Below, piece after piece: positions 1-12,465 of a stretch of DNA of 64,000 nt. Source of the DNA: Camelus dromedarius (taxonomy: Eukaryota); the NCBI RefSeq assembly GCF_036321535.1, contig NC_087436.1, forward strand, positions 115,570,001 through 115,634,000, written 5' to 3'. The notes beneath the pieces are model-generated. The model had not been told where the DNA came from and searched no databases. It saw nothing but the letters and a program-made list of their open reading frames with translations. How positions within the stretch are numbered: the stretch's first letter is position 1; each line of letters opens with the position of its first letter. The translations under genes were made by a program, and so were the position numbers.

Positions 1-269
1 AATTAAAATAAATTAGAAAATCATAATATAATTATTAATTATGTTTATTTCTATTTAATCAAATTATCTGAGTATTATTCCATTAACAGACATAAACAAT
101 AATAAGTAAATTAGGTCTTCTTTTGATATTTTTGGACTTCTTTTGACTTCCAATCTTAAATTCTATACATAAGTTTTGTTTTTGAAAGTGTGTTTGTCAG
201 CATAGCTGCACGTATGTGTTTATTAGCTTTATCTATGATGTTCAACCTTTAAATATATGGTAAGTGGGC

Positions 270-475
270 AAAGGACTGTTCACATGAAATGACTGAGACC
301 TAGGTCAGAATATCAGTAGCTCCGGGTGTTCCTGGCTGTTTGGGCTCAAATAATTAACCTAGCCTTTCTGCACTCAGTTTTCTCATCTGTACAGCTGAGT
401 ATCATCAGCAGCAGCGTAAGGTTTCTGTGCTGATTATATGAGTCACTGTCTGTAAAAGTGTCTAGCATGACACTT
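270..475 (+). mobile_element. MIR SINE remnant
   Basis: Contains a MIR core-like stretch (ctcagttttctcatctgta) and a 3' end resembling gtaaaagtgtctagca. Highly diverged; boundaries approximate. Confidence 0.65.
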
Positions 476-1699
476 GATTTAGGGTGGTTTCTTCCCCTAA
501 AAATGGTGTGTCACTTGAACCCCAAAACAATGAGATTGATTTTATTAAGTTCCCTCTATATTCCTCTTTACTAGATGATGAAACAGAGGTTCAGAGGAGA
601 TAGTATCTTCCAGACATCACAAAGTGAGGAATGAAACATACGGGGTCACCATGCACGACGTAACAGAAAAGTAGAAAAAAAAAAAGATGTGTGGCCTTTG
701 GGGTCAGAGATCCAGTTTTAAATCCCATCTTGACCTCTTCTGACTGACTATGTGACCTTAAACACTGTCAATTGGGGTTGGGAGTAGCTGTCTAAAATTT
801 GTCAGGATTGAATAAAGTAGCATCAAACACCACATAGATGTGTGTGATTTATTTGGTTCCCAAACTTACGTCTCTAAAATTCACTTTTCTTACATTCAAA
901 ACATACTTTTTAGCAGTGGGAATACTTCTTTCAAATAAAATTTCACGTGGAACCCTGATAATATTAATCTATGTCACCCACGAAGAACAGCTTTGGATGA
1001 AATAGAGCCTAGGGGCCCCGTGTACTGGCCTGTCCCGTTTTCCCATTACTCTCTATAACCAGGGGAGGTCCTGAGGCACTTGCTTTAAACTTTAGGGCCC
1101 CAGGAAACAAGGTCTGAAATAAATGCCCTAAAACCATGTTGCTTCTTACATCACTGCATATATCTACATAAGGAATCATCTGCAGTGCTAGCTTTTTTCA
1201 CGAAGCAGTTCCGATAGCCCAAGTGGAGAATTCTCCATCTGCCTCTGTTGGCTGACGTTGCCACTTCTGAACCTTATGAAAACATCTCCCCACAATGCCT
1301 CCCACTCGTCTTCCCTCTCCCTGTCTTGTTTCAAGGCTGAGCCAACAGAGCAAGCATCACCGTGACCTTGACTTACCTTGACTCAGTCTCTCACGCACAT
1401 TCTGAGACTTCACAGGTCAAACGGACGGACACATGCATGGCGACAGTCTAAATGCCAGCTGGAGTTCCTTGAGCTCGCTAACACCGAGGTCGCATTTGAC
1501 ACACCTGCCGTTTTCTTGCAGTTTTTAGACAAGGCTAGATTTTGCCAACCGTGGCATTTTTTCAGTAACAATGTATTCCTCTGACAGTTCCACTGAAAGC
1601 AAGTGGAACTTAGCACCTTTCAACTCTGATATTCCCTTTGGCTCTCATGCAGATGTCTGTCGTTGTAGCTTTTACACGAGGGGTTCAGGCATGTACAGG

Positions 1700-2342
1700 G
1701 CTTGGAAGACTGCAGTGTGCCCATCGTCGACATAAATCAGACCACGTCACTCTACTGCTTATTACTCCCCAGTGGTTTCCCATCATAGTCAAAACTCTTC
1801 ATCCTGCCTTAAAACAAAACAAAACAAAACTGCATGAGCTGATCCCTCCCTACCCCTATGATGTTTAATAACACGATTCTCCTCTCTCACTCTGCCCCAT
1901 CCTCAGTGACCCACTTTCTGTTCTGTTGCCACCTGAAGCTGATCTCTGCCGCAAAGACTCTGGGCTAACGTTCCTCTGTTTAGAGTGTTTCCCCTACTGA
2001 CTTCACGTGTTTGTTCCTTCATCTCAGATGTCTGCTTACACAGCACCTCCTCAAAGACACCTTTGCAGACCACCTAATCCAAAGTAGCCACTGGGAAGCT
2101 CGCTGTCACATGACGCTGCGATAATTTTCTGCAAGCGTTTAGCAGTACCTCTTAAATTTTAAAAACCATTACATCATAGAGTTTCTGTATGTGTGTGTGG
2201 TGTATTTGTTCTCATTTTGGAACACAAATTCCATGACTGCAGTGAACTTCTATGCTTTGTTTACCACCCAATCTCCAGCATGTGAAGCAGAGTTTGACAC
2301 CATAGACATTGATAAAGTTTTGTTTAATTGTTGTTTAATTAA
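1700..2342 (+). mobile_element. LINE-2 3' fragment
   Basis: L2-like segments are present (accacgtcactctactgctt..ccagtggtttcccatc; tcagatgtctgcttacacagcacctcctcaaagac; ttgtttaccacccaatctccagca), ending in a decayed L2 tail. Confidence 0.7.
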
Positions 2343-2489
2343 CTGCCTAGCCTCCCAACTCCCCAGTGGCCTTATTCCCATAAAGTCAGATCTTTTACTT
2401 CACTGTTAAATTGAGGAGACACAGTGCAAAGTAGATTCACCCAGTCTCATTTCGTGTTATTTCTGTCTGACCACACAAAATAAATGATG

Positions 2490-2810
2490 CCGATCGGCTC
2501 TTGTAGTGGAGTTGTATGACTTGCTCTGGCTGATGCAGTGTGAGTGGAAGTGACCTGCATCAAAGAGGATTAAGGCAGGAAGAAGTTCCCTACTATTCTC
2601 CTCTCTCTGTCCTCACTTCAGCTTGGACCAGAGGCTGTGTGCCAGATGGTGGTCATACACAAGTGTTGGAAGTGGCCTGCATCTGTGAGTCATCACACAC
2701 AATGCAGCCGCCATGGGGCGTGCTTAATCCACAGTGAACTTAGTAGAAGTGAAATATTAGCTTTTCTGTGTTAAACTGGTTATTCCAGCCTAAACCCAGC
2801 CTATCCTGCA
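2490..2810 (+). mobile_element. ERVL-MaLR LTR (MLT1J/K-like)
   Basis: Shows MLT1 motifs tgacttgctctggctgatgcagtgtgagtggaagtga and a 3' end cccagcctatcctg. Confidence 0.6.
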
Positions 2811-3169
2811 GAATCAATCAGGCCAGGATGGAAGGAGCAGGCCTCAAGAGCTACCAGAATTAAAACCAGTTGAAGTCACTTGCTCTTTCCAAGTCTCTAC
2901 AACAGGGAGATGAAACGCCTCGTTTACATGAGTGCTACTAGGTAACGACACACATAAGGACTCGGGACACATAAGAGTTATTAAATTTTAGTTTAAAATG
3001 AAATTGTCCAGAAATAGCCACTTGCCTGTTGCCTCGATCTGCCATACAGCTCTGAGTCCCTTCCTTGTACCCTTACCTGGGCGTGATGGAGAACACCCAC
3101 TCTATTGCTATTCATCACCGTTCAATTTCCAGGTGATATTAGTCATACTGTTAGGTGTCAAGAATTGTT

Positions 3170-3316
3170 GGGGGAAGGAAGAGCTCAGCGGTAGAGGGCC
3201 TGTTTAGCATGCACGAGGTCCTGAGTTCAATCCTCAGTGCCCTCTCCAAATATAACTAACTAGATAAACTTAATGACCACCCCCACCAACATAAAATAAA
3301 TAAGTGAATAAATAAG
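3170..3316 (+). mobile_element. tRNA-Ala-derived SINE (camelid vic-1-like)
   Basis: The head agctcagcggtagag..ttagcatgcacgaggtcctgagttcaatcc closely follows tRNA-Ala(AGC), with A and B boxes. It continues into aaacttaatgaccaccccc and an A-rich tail. Probable TSD aagaattgtt (3160-3169) / aagtactgtt (3317-3326), 8/10 identical. Confidence 0.9.
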
Positions 3317-4429
3317 AAGTACTGTTCTGGGAATCAAAGTGTTAATAAAACACTTCCTCTTCCCAAAACAGCTCTTACTTTAATAATGATGATGGACAGA
3401 TACATAGATAAATTTGATGAGTTATAACAAAAATAATAAATGGTATGACAAGGACGCCATCCAAATGGAGGAGGTAAAATTTAAGCTGCATCTTGAAGTG
3501 TGAGGAACAATCTGTGAGATGCCCCCGCCCTCCTAATCCGAACTCTGTCTGCCCTCGCGTTGGCTGGGACGCTGTCCGGAGGCACCACAGTTGTACACAG
3601 ACAGCACTTCAGAGTCAGGAATTTCACACTCACGATGAGAGGCTGCCTTGGGAATCTGGACACCAGCCCTTTCCAATTCTCATCCTCAGTGGTCACAGGG
3701 GCTAAGAAAAGTCCTTTTTTTACAGACTAAAGCCCACGCTCAAGACGGACCTGCTACCCTCACACGATGGCCTGACCACTTCTTTTACAAAGATAACAGC
3801 CTGCCTGGGGTAAATCTCCTGACGTTCCCTCTTCCAGTCACACACTCAGAACCCTTTACCCTGGCTTCCAGGACCTGCATGAGCTGCTCGCCTCTGACCA
3901 CCTTCATCCACGTTCAGCAGCTCCACCTCCCAAAGAGGTGACGTCGGTTCACAGAGGGAATGTGGGCTTTGAAATCAGTCACCTGGAGCTGAATATGGGC
4001 TGCGTGATTTGCAGCTTTTTATCTTCATTCTCCAGCTTACACACCAATAAAATGAAGAAACTAATACTGCCAAAGCAAAATTTTAGAATTTATATTTATT
4101 GAGAAAACTCCCGTCACAGAGCAGGCATTTCATTTTGTGAAACTTTTATTTCCATTCTCTTTTTCATTTTATTTTACTGTTGATTAAACTCTAAAAAACA
4201 TTTCTTTGGTCCCTTGATTCAGTGATTAATCTCTCCCCCTTTTGGCATCATGTTTTTTTCCCTAATTCATTCCACCCAACCCTGCAATCCTCTATTAAAC
4301 ATATAAAGTCAAACTCAAAGCAAAACTAACACGCAAACAGACATCATTCCACAGATAACTGCCTGCGATCAAGCACCTTTTATGACTTTCTTGAAGGTAT
4401 AGCCTCAAGTTTCCTTGTATTTATCTTGC

Positions 4430-5510
4430 TTTCATTCATACATTCATTCATTCATTCATTCTATCACCAAAGATTAACCATCTGCTCTGTGTGAGTCACT
4501 GTGGTAAGTCTTGGGGGTACGAGCATGATTATTTCCCAATCTAGGAGCTGGGCATTTAGTTAATAAAAGATTCAACTATACATTGTGATATATAAATAAG
4601 TGCCATAAAAATAGAGAGAAGGAGCCTTCAACTCCTCTTGGAATGTCAAGGAAGGCTTCCTGCATGAGACGATATTTGGAGTGACTCATAAAAATAATGA
4701 AGAGAGGTTTCTTAAGCAGGAGGGAGAGAGGACATTTCAACAGGAAGAATAAAGACTTTGGGGCTTTGGGCTATAAGAAATGATCTTAGGTTGTAACAGT
4801 TAAAAAACAAACAGGTTTGGGAAATATTTTGCTGGCGAATTAACATGACGAGATAAGTAGGTAAGAGACAGGGAGCTATGAAGGATGATGCCCAGCTTTC
4901 TGCTCTGGTGGAGCTATGGTCTGCGATAGGAAAGCACTGGGGGAGAACATGTTTTGGGCAGAACTCTGAGTTCAATTATAGACATGATGACTCTGAGGTG
5001 TCCCTCATCCGAATGGGTAATTCAAGTTGAACGCTGGATATATCGAGTTCAGATGAAAAGTCTGGACTGAAGATGCACATTTAGGAATCATTGCAACAGA
5101 AATGTGCCTATTAAAACAGTTAAGGTAAGAATATTTCCAAGTAAAGACGACAGCATGAGAAATGGGTCTAGTGTTAGGACTAAGGGAGTTCTTCATCTAA
5201 CATACGAAGAAGAGGAAGCCGACGAAGGCTGAGGAGTAATTGGTAAACACAGGAGAGGGACCATTTGGTTTCAAAACTAGAGAAAGACAGAGTTCATGAA
5301 GGCTTGTCTGGCATATGCTTAAAGTCACCAAGAATCCAGGATAAATGCAAAGCGATGAAGTCCTTAGATTAGCAGCATGGAGATTATTGCAGGCCTTGAA
5401 AATGGATGTGGAGGGGAGAAGTTACAAGCGAGTTTGACTAAATGGGGAAGTGAAAAGGGAGACCTGGAAATAGAAAATGTAGGGTGTGGACAGCAGTATG
5501 AGAGGCTCAG
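4430..5510 (-). mobile_element. LINE-2 fragment
   Basis: Starts with (ttca)n, the reverse complement of the L2 tail. Continues with L2 motifs such as tcaagggaaggcttcctg, aaggatgatgcccagctttctg and tggactgaagatgcacatttaggaatca. Confidence 0.8.
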
Positions 5511-6410
5511 AGGCAAGGAGAGAGTTGAGAAAAATGGACCCATGGCAGACATGGCCCCAGATGCCCACGCCATGACTCCTTTGTCCTCTGGGCCTGGCTT
5601 TGCCCATGCTCGGCTTTGACAGGACATGGCTCTTTCCAGTTCGAATTTGTCTCCAGACCCCCGTTTGCCACCCATTGACCAGCTTTCTGGAAGTGAGCAT
5701 GTGTGAGTCACAGAAGTCAAATTAGAGCCCTTTATCTCCTTCACTCCTTTCGCCTTAGAGCCCCACCCAGGGCAGGGCAGTTCTGTCATCCTGAGGGTCT
5801 CTTGTTCTTAATCCAGTTGGGAACAATCCTCCTCACTATGGCCCTTGTGACATGAAATGATCTTGAACTTCTCCAGGGAAATCAGAGTTTGTGACCAATA
5901 TATAGCCAGCCTCTCTGAATCTCAGAATTCATTAAATTGATAAGTAATAATATTTTATCCTGTTCCTTCAGAAAAAAAGGTTATGTGTCTTTAAGCAGCT
6001 ATAATCAGCTGTTAAGGACTTTGACCCCCTAAAGAAATCTTCTACGTAAAAAGCAGTGGGAAAAAAAAAAAACAAAAAACTTTCCTCATTAGGAAAGTTT
6101 AGACAGTGAGTGTCCATTGAGTACTTTTAGATGGATGTTTAATACTCCTGATTTTCTGCCACTCCGTTATAGATGTTGGATAAATCACTCTGCCCAGAGA
6201 CATCTTTTTTTTTCTTTCTTCTTTTTTTTCTTAAATCTGTAAATGAAGAGGAGTTAAGTTAAATTATTTTTTCAAAAGTAAAGTTTTACAATGTACTACT
6301 TGTGTACTTCACAGCTAGAAGAGATGCAAAGGCTTTATGCACCTAATTGTGTTTCTGAATAAAATCGAACTGTCAGGCTAAAGAGGTTTATAGGTTTGTG
6401 TTAAGTACAT

Positions 6411-6634
6411 TCCCCAGGGAAGCTATAAAAGGGTTAAATGGATGACTATGTGTGGCATCAATGCAGTAGCAGTGCTTTGCTCTGATTCTGAAATGGAAGG
6501 AAGCCACGAGTATCCAAAAAAGACGAGGAGAAAATAACTCCCTCCTGAAGGCAGCTATTCTGGGAAGCTGGTGCACTGTGCACCAGGCATCGTCCTGGCT
6601 CGCCAATCATGAGAGGGCTTCAGAGAAGGTAGGT
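6411..6634 (+). promoter_or_regulatory. Candidate TATA promoter / first-exon-like module
   Basis: EBF-type TCCCCAGGGA (6411-6420), TATAAAAG (6424-6431), GAS TTCTGGGAA (6558-6566), ATG at 6609 and donor-like AAG|GTAGGT (exon end 6628), all in non-repeat sequence. Motif evidence only. Confidence 0.3.
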
Positions 6635-6892
6635 CAGCGGCCACCCACCTGGCTGCAGTCTCTGGGGAAGTTAGGAGCTGATGCGAGGAGAAGGGACTCA
6701 TGGACGTAATCTGTCCTGACTTTGCAGGAGGCAGAAATGATGGCTTCCTGGGAGGGAAGGTTGCATAACTGTAGAGCTGCATGTATGAGACTAGGGGACA
6801 GACAGTACTTCCAACTTGCTAAGGGATACTGATCAAAAAGACTACGTATTAATGAAATCAGTAATTCCAGTAATGACTCTTGATCTTTAACT

Positions 6893-6917
6893 AAAAAAAA
6901 AAAAAAAAAAAAAAAAA
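6893..6917 (+). repeat. poly(A) tract (A25)
   Basis: Directly visible homopolymer. Confidence 0.95.
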
Positions 6918-8881
6918 GCCACTGCTTTATTGCTCTGGTTTGATTTTATAGCAACACAAATAAGACAGTATGACACTAGTCATAAAGAAAAGGGGTGAGT
7001 CTGTTTTGGAGATTCAGAGCAAGTTGTCTTGGGTTCAACAGCAGCCTCCATCTCTATGGAAGTGGGACACCTGGGAAATTTACTACCTCTCCCATCATTA
7101 GTTTCCACATCTGCAAAAGGAGTCATGATGATAACACATTCCCATGCTATTTACAAGAGTGAAGAAGAATTTAGAAAGTGGATGTAAAGAAATTGTTCTG
7201 TACCTAACATATCCTATGTTACTATTAATGTTATCTTTGCATTCAGAATATCTGCCAAATAAAATTTCATTCTAAAATGTTCATTTCTAAACAGCTGTAT
7301 GGTTTATAACTAACAAAGTTAGTTAATGTCTGTATGACAAAGATCAGTGCCCCCAGCCTTAAAGGGAATGTTGGCTTTAACAATAGAAATCCGATAGATG
7401 GGGAAGCCAATGAGATAAATGTTCCTATTTGTTTTCAACGCTCTCCAGAAGAGAGACTATCATAACCCATGAAAATAAGTAGTCACTCTACGGCAGCAAG
7501 TCTGTCCATGGGGGCAGAAACGGACCTAGTAATCCACTGCATCTTAGTAACATCCACAGTTTAATCCATCCCGTCTCAACAACATACACAGTTTTGATCC
7601 AACTACTTGGTTCTCCTCTGGCTCAATGCTCATTAAAAAAAAAAAAAAAAAAAGCTTTCTGATTATGAGTGTATTTCTGGTATGGATTTGTCAACAGAGA
7701 ACAAATGCATTGACCAGCAAACAGTATCTGATAACCTACTTGATACATTCCATTTCTCAATATAATTTAGCAAATTGGTATTCTGGTTTACATACAAGCT
7801 TCCTGTGTAAGAAATTATAAAATGAGTTATTCCTCTGAAGCCCATTCATTTTCAGGTATATGGCTGATGTTTTTAGCCTACAAAGTTAATAACTGTTCCC
7901 TGGACATCAATGGCATTTCCAGTTACCAGTCTCATTGGTAGGTCTCTGTGATGACTAAGCCATATTTCTCCAGGCAACACTCTGTGTGAGGGTCCTTTCA
8001 AATTGGAAGAAACGTCTCTAGTCATAACATGTATTAAATAAAAGCTAGTGTAACCATTCGGTGGCCCAAATGAAGCTCACTTTTAGGATTCTGAATGCAA
8101 ACTTTCTCGAAAGCAAGTGTCTTTTGATGGAATTCATTCCTCTACACATTCTTTCCTTCTCCACTCTTTTGAAGGCTCTTCTTTTCTCCTGCTCTGTCCT
8201 CAGAGTTGAGTGTCCACATGGGGAAAATGGAACTGTGGAAACACTAGATGGCTTGAGCTAGAATGGACCAGAATAATGGAGCCAGATCCCGCTGTTCTAC
8301 TCTGATCCATTCCTTCTTGGGCCTGTAAGGCCACAGTCAGTGTCAGAAGGGAGCAAGCCCACAGAGGTGGCTTCCTCCTGTCTTCTCTCCAGGGATGCTT
8401 TAATGCGCATCTCACGCTGCTCTGAAACTCCCAGCTGAAAAGCATCAGGCTGATGAGCAATTTCCAAATGAGATCATATGAATCAAGCATATACTAAACT
8501 GGGTCCTTGGACCTCTGAGGGAGCCTAGTCACTCGTTTGTGGAGTTGCTATTGTGCTTGTGTGTCTGCTAGTGTGGACGGTGCATGTACAAGTCTTGCAG
8601 GGCACGATCAGCTGTTTCTCTCCAACTATTATGAATACTATTCAGCAACTACTTTAATACTGACTTCTCTATATATCCTCACTTTCTCATTTATAGAACA
8701 GTGATAGTAACAGTAATGTCTGCCTGGGTTTGATAGAAGAATTAAGTGAGATATATCTAACGTGCTTAGTGCCGCCCTGGGCATGTGTGAGCCCTCCTGA
8801 AATGCCAGTTTAGCAGTTTATGTTATAGGGTTTAGTATCATTTGCCTTTTCTTTCCATTACAACATGGCGTTTGATACTTA

Positions 8882-9402
8882 TGTAACAGGGAAAAACAAA
8901 TTTAACCCCTTATTGGATCTGGATATTGGACACTTTAACCTTTGTATTCTGTTGCATTTGCTACAAGTTAATCACTGACTTAGGGACATTGGCTATAGCT
9001 TAAAGTGTACATAATGGCCCGTCTCTGGGAACCCTGCCCCTGCCCCCAACAATACCTGAGTGTTAAGCTGAAATATCTTTATTTAGCTCACAGGAAACAC
9101 CTTGACAGGCCCATCTGTAAATGGCTGTGGGAAAGAAGAAATTAACACATCCCCTCCAGAGTCTGGCTGGAACCACGAAATATTTGCAACAATTTATATT
9201 GCCTTTTTAAACTTTACCTCTTCACCTTCCCCTCTTTGCTCTATAAAAGAAACCAGCATCCAAACCCAGGGAATATGGTTCTTTAGGACACTAGTCCGCC
9301 ATCTTTTTGGTTTGCTGGATTTCTGAATAGAGTCTCTATTCCTTGCCTCACGACTCACTGGCCTGCCATGCCAGGAGCAGTAGAAGCTTGGACTCAGTAA
9401 CA
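8882..9402 (+). mobile_element. ERV1-type solo LTR (MER41-like)
   Basis: Termini are TGTAAC...TAACA with a perfect 4-bp TSD ctta (8878-8881 / 9403-9406). Internal TATA ctataaaag at 9241-9249. Homologous in reverse complement to the LTRs at 28231 and 31194. Confidence 0.88.
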
Positions 9403-10587
9403 CTTACGGCCACTTGTCACTCCCTACTCTCCATAATTTACTACATTTTCTTTATAGTACCTATCCTCCTCTAAGGATAACTTCATAACTCAGTTTTTAA
9501 CTTCTTCCCCTACCCACTGGGCTATAGGCCCCACTAGGGTGGAACCCTTGGTCTTTGCTGCTCTGCTCCAACCCCAGTGAAGAGCAGCGCCTGACGCATC
9601 ACAGGTACTCAGTAACTACGTGCAGGGTGAACGACAGAAGGGCAGGTGAGCGCCGTGAAGCAGGTGGAGCAGGGCTTATTTTCTACATTTTGCAGCAGAG
9701 GAAGGGGAATCCCTAAGAGGCGCTCTTCCCCCAGATCACACAGCTAGAAATTCCCACAGCCATCAGCAGAAGTGTTGGGAATGTATGTCAGCAAAGACTC
9801 TGCAGGAGAAAAACATCTTGGCTCATCGGTAGGCTTCTGAGGTTGGTCAGAATCAAGAGGGAAATGCACAAGGAGGAGAGAAGCAGTTTAGGGGGAGAAA
9901 ATTCACTTGAAAGACTGAGGTTAAGACAAGTGGTAGAGACTCTTGAATTACAGGCTGGAAGTCTTGGAATGTATCCAAGAGGAGATCAGAGCTATTGCAT
10001 GTTTCAGAAGATGTAAATGAAATAGTCAGGCTGGGCTTCATGCTTTCTGTATTAAAGTTATTTTATTTATCCTCTACTAGTATACTTATAACTTAATGTG
10101 TTTTGGGGGAAGATGTTTTAAGGCTGAGACAAATACACATTATGTAATCTGTACTATCTCACAACTCTGATCTTCCTCCGCTGCATGACACACTAGACAA
10201 GGTGTGTGCCTGACATGTGGTCTGTGCACAGCAGCTCCTAGACCCTGCTAGTAGCTGACCATGAGACAGTTAGGCAGTTGACACTCTGACCACTGCTCGG
10301 ACTTCTATGTGAAAACCCCCAATTTCTTCCTGAAGAATGTAAAGTAACAAGATGTGGCTGCTGCCTGCTTCTGCAGGCTTGTCCATCACTGCACCAGCCC
10401 CTCCCACACATGCACATGTGTCCCTTGTGCCCGTCAGAATGAATTAGTGACAGTTCCTTAGATACCTGAGCTCTCTGTCATTTCCCTCCCTTTTCCCTTA
10501 CTTCTATGGAGCCCAGAACACACAAACTATTTAGCATAGTGGCCAAATCACAAATGCTAAAAAAATTAGATATTGCATGGTACTACA

Positions 10588-10743
10588 TTTTACCATATAT
10601 AAATACCATATATGTAAATATATATATTTAACATACATAAATACCATATATAAATACCATATATAAGTATATATATATTTACCATATATAAATACATATA
10701 TAAATACCATATATATATATTTACCATATATTTTTTTTTTTTT
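10588..10743. repeat. AT-rich minisatellite (unit ~aaataccatatat) followed by a T-run
   Basis: Repeated taccatatat/aaataccatatat units are interspersed with (TA)n. Confidence 0.85.
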
Positions 10744-11989
10744 CAGAAAGTCTCATTGTTTTCTTGGCCAGTCTCCTTGCCCTTATTTCTGTGACAGAAT
10801 CCACCTTCATGTATTTTAATTAACTTACCTAGAATATTTTTCATGCTTTGTGTCTGTGTTTCTCTCTCACAATGCTCTCTTCCTACATCGGCCTTCATCT
10901 CCTTTATCTCTGTATCTCTGGTCTCTATCTGCACTTGGCATGTGGTCAGTGCTCAGTTATATCCAAACGCTTAAGAAATAGGTCCAGTTGCATTGTAGAG
11001 AAAGGCAAACCAAAAGGACCTCTGATTTTGGAAATGTCCAGAGGTTTTCTGTGTCAGACCTTCAAACTATGGCGTTTTCTTTAGGTTTTATAATATATTC
11101 CATTATAATTCATTTGAGGGGCTTATTACAGTCTATCCCTGAAATTCTCTTCCTTTTTGAAAAAAGCAGAGCCAGTCCTGAAATGTTAACAACCCTCTAC
11201 AGGAGTGGCAATCAGAAGCCAGCCGTCTCTTGGTCTTGTGCCTGACTGATAACTTTATGCCTCTTTAAGAACTTGGCATATTCATCACCTGGGGCGGGGG
11301 GGGATGCATACTTTTCAGAAATATTGAAATGACTTTAACTTGTCCTTGGAATTTGTACAATTGCATCTTCCGTGCTGTTCACAAAATACAGTCTCCTGAA
11401 ATAGTTTCCTTAACGTTCACCAGAAACCTCTAGCACTAGTGTCAACTCATTAACCCCCCAACCCCCTGCCGGGAACGGAGCCATGCCTCTAAGCTACGTC
11501 ACACCTCTGAGATACCGCGCTTCAACTGCCAGCGTCAGTCCCCACTCAGAACTTCTGGGAAAAAAAGCAGCATTCACCAAACCCTCTGCAATAAATTCCT
11601 GGGGCATGTAATACAAGGTTGTGAGGTGCCATTGAATTGTCTGGAAACACACGCACATACAAGAAGACACTTTGCAGTTCTTTACTGGAGCGTGTGCTCC
11701 CTTCTGTCTCTTCCTCTTCTTCCTGCTCCTTTTCTGTGACCCTTTAGTAGAACATGTCTCTTTTATGGTGAACCTGATCCCCCCTTTACGGAAAATAGAA
11801 AGCAGACTGTGGCTATTAATCAATGATACTATCCTGACAACTAGAGCCGGCCCGAGATGCAAAGTCACCTCTGCAGGACGTCTCCCAGGGGCCCCCACTC
11901 CTCTATTCCACTCCAGGTGTAATTCAATTGCCCTCTATTCATTCTTCTATTTTACTAATCCTCTTGGACCAGCTATCAATGGAGATGAG

Positions 11990-12250
11990 AGAATAAACTA
12001 GGACGTATTGAGTATCAGCTAATTTCCAGCCCAGGTACTGGATCTGTGTACGCAAATGATGCTTAGTATCATTCAATTGACATAATGAGACTTTTTAAAG
12101 TAATATTGTTATCATCCCCATATTTCATATGGAAAATGGGGCTCAGAGAGACCCAGAGATTTCCCCGAGCTCAAGGTTAGTAAGTGGCAGATCTGTAATT
12201 ACAAGCCCTGGGCTGTCTGACTCAGAAGCCTGTGCTCTTCCACGAAACAC
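11990..12250 (-). mobile_element. MIR SINE
   Basis: The stretch atccccatatttcatatggaaaatggggctcagagag...gctgtctgactcagaagcctgtgctctt is the reverse complement of the MIR core. Confidence 0.8.
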
Positions 12251-12363
12251 TTTTCTCCATCCCACCCACAGCTCCTCTATGCTTGTAGCTTCCACAGCGA
12301 CCAGTGCACGGTGTGCTCTTGTCAAATACTTGTTTAATGAATTAAACTATACTAAAGATAGCA

Positions 12364-12465
12364 TAAGGGTGACAAACTGAACATCATTGCTCCAGTTTGC
12401 TGGAGACGGAGGGGTCTCCTGGACTTGGGACTTTCAGTACTAAAAGCGGAAAAGTGGGTTACCTA
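12364..12465 (-). mobile_element. hAT-Blackjack MITE (MER81-like)
   Basis: Terminal inverted repeats aagggtgac...gggttaccta, internal gggactttcagtactaaaa, and degenerate 8-bp flanks agatagca / aactagca. Confidence 0.7.

Noticed and set aside
855..1130. Possible hAT-Charlie MITE remnant (similar hints at 1-230 and 26238-26565)
   Set aside because: Only vague terminal similarity; I could not establish the family or boundaries by eye.
3170..3248. Functional tRNA-Ala gene
   Set aside because: The stems carry mismatches, and the head is followed by a SINE body, A-rich tail and TSD instead of a T-run terminator. The same applies to the copy at 46983-47057.
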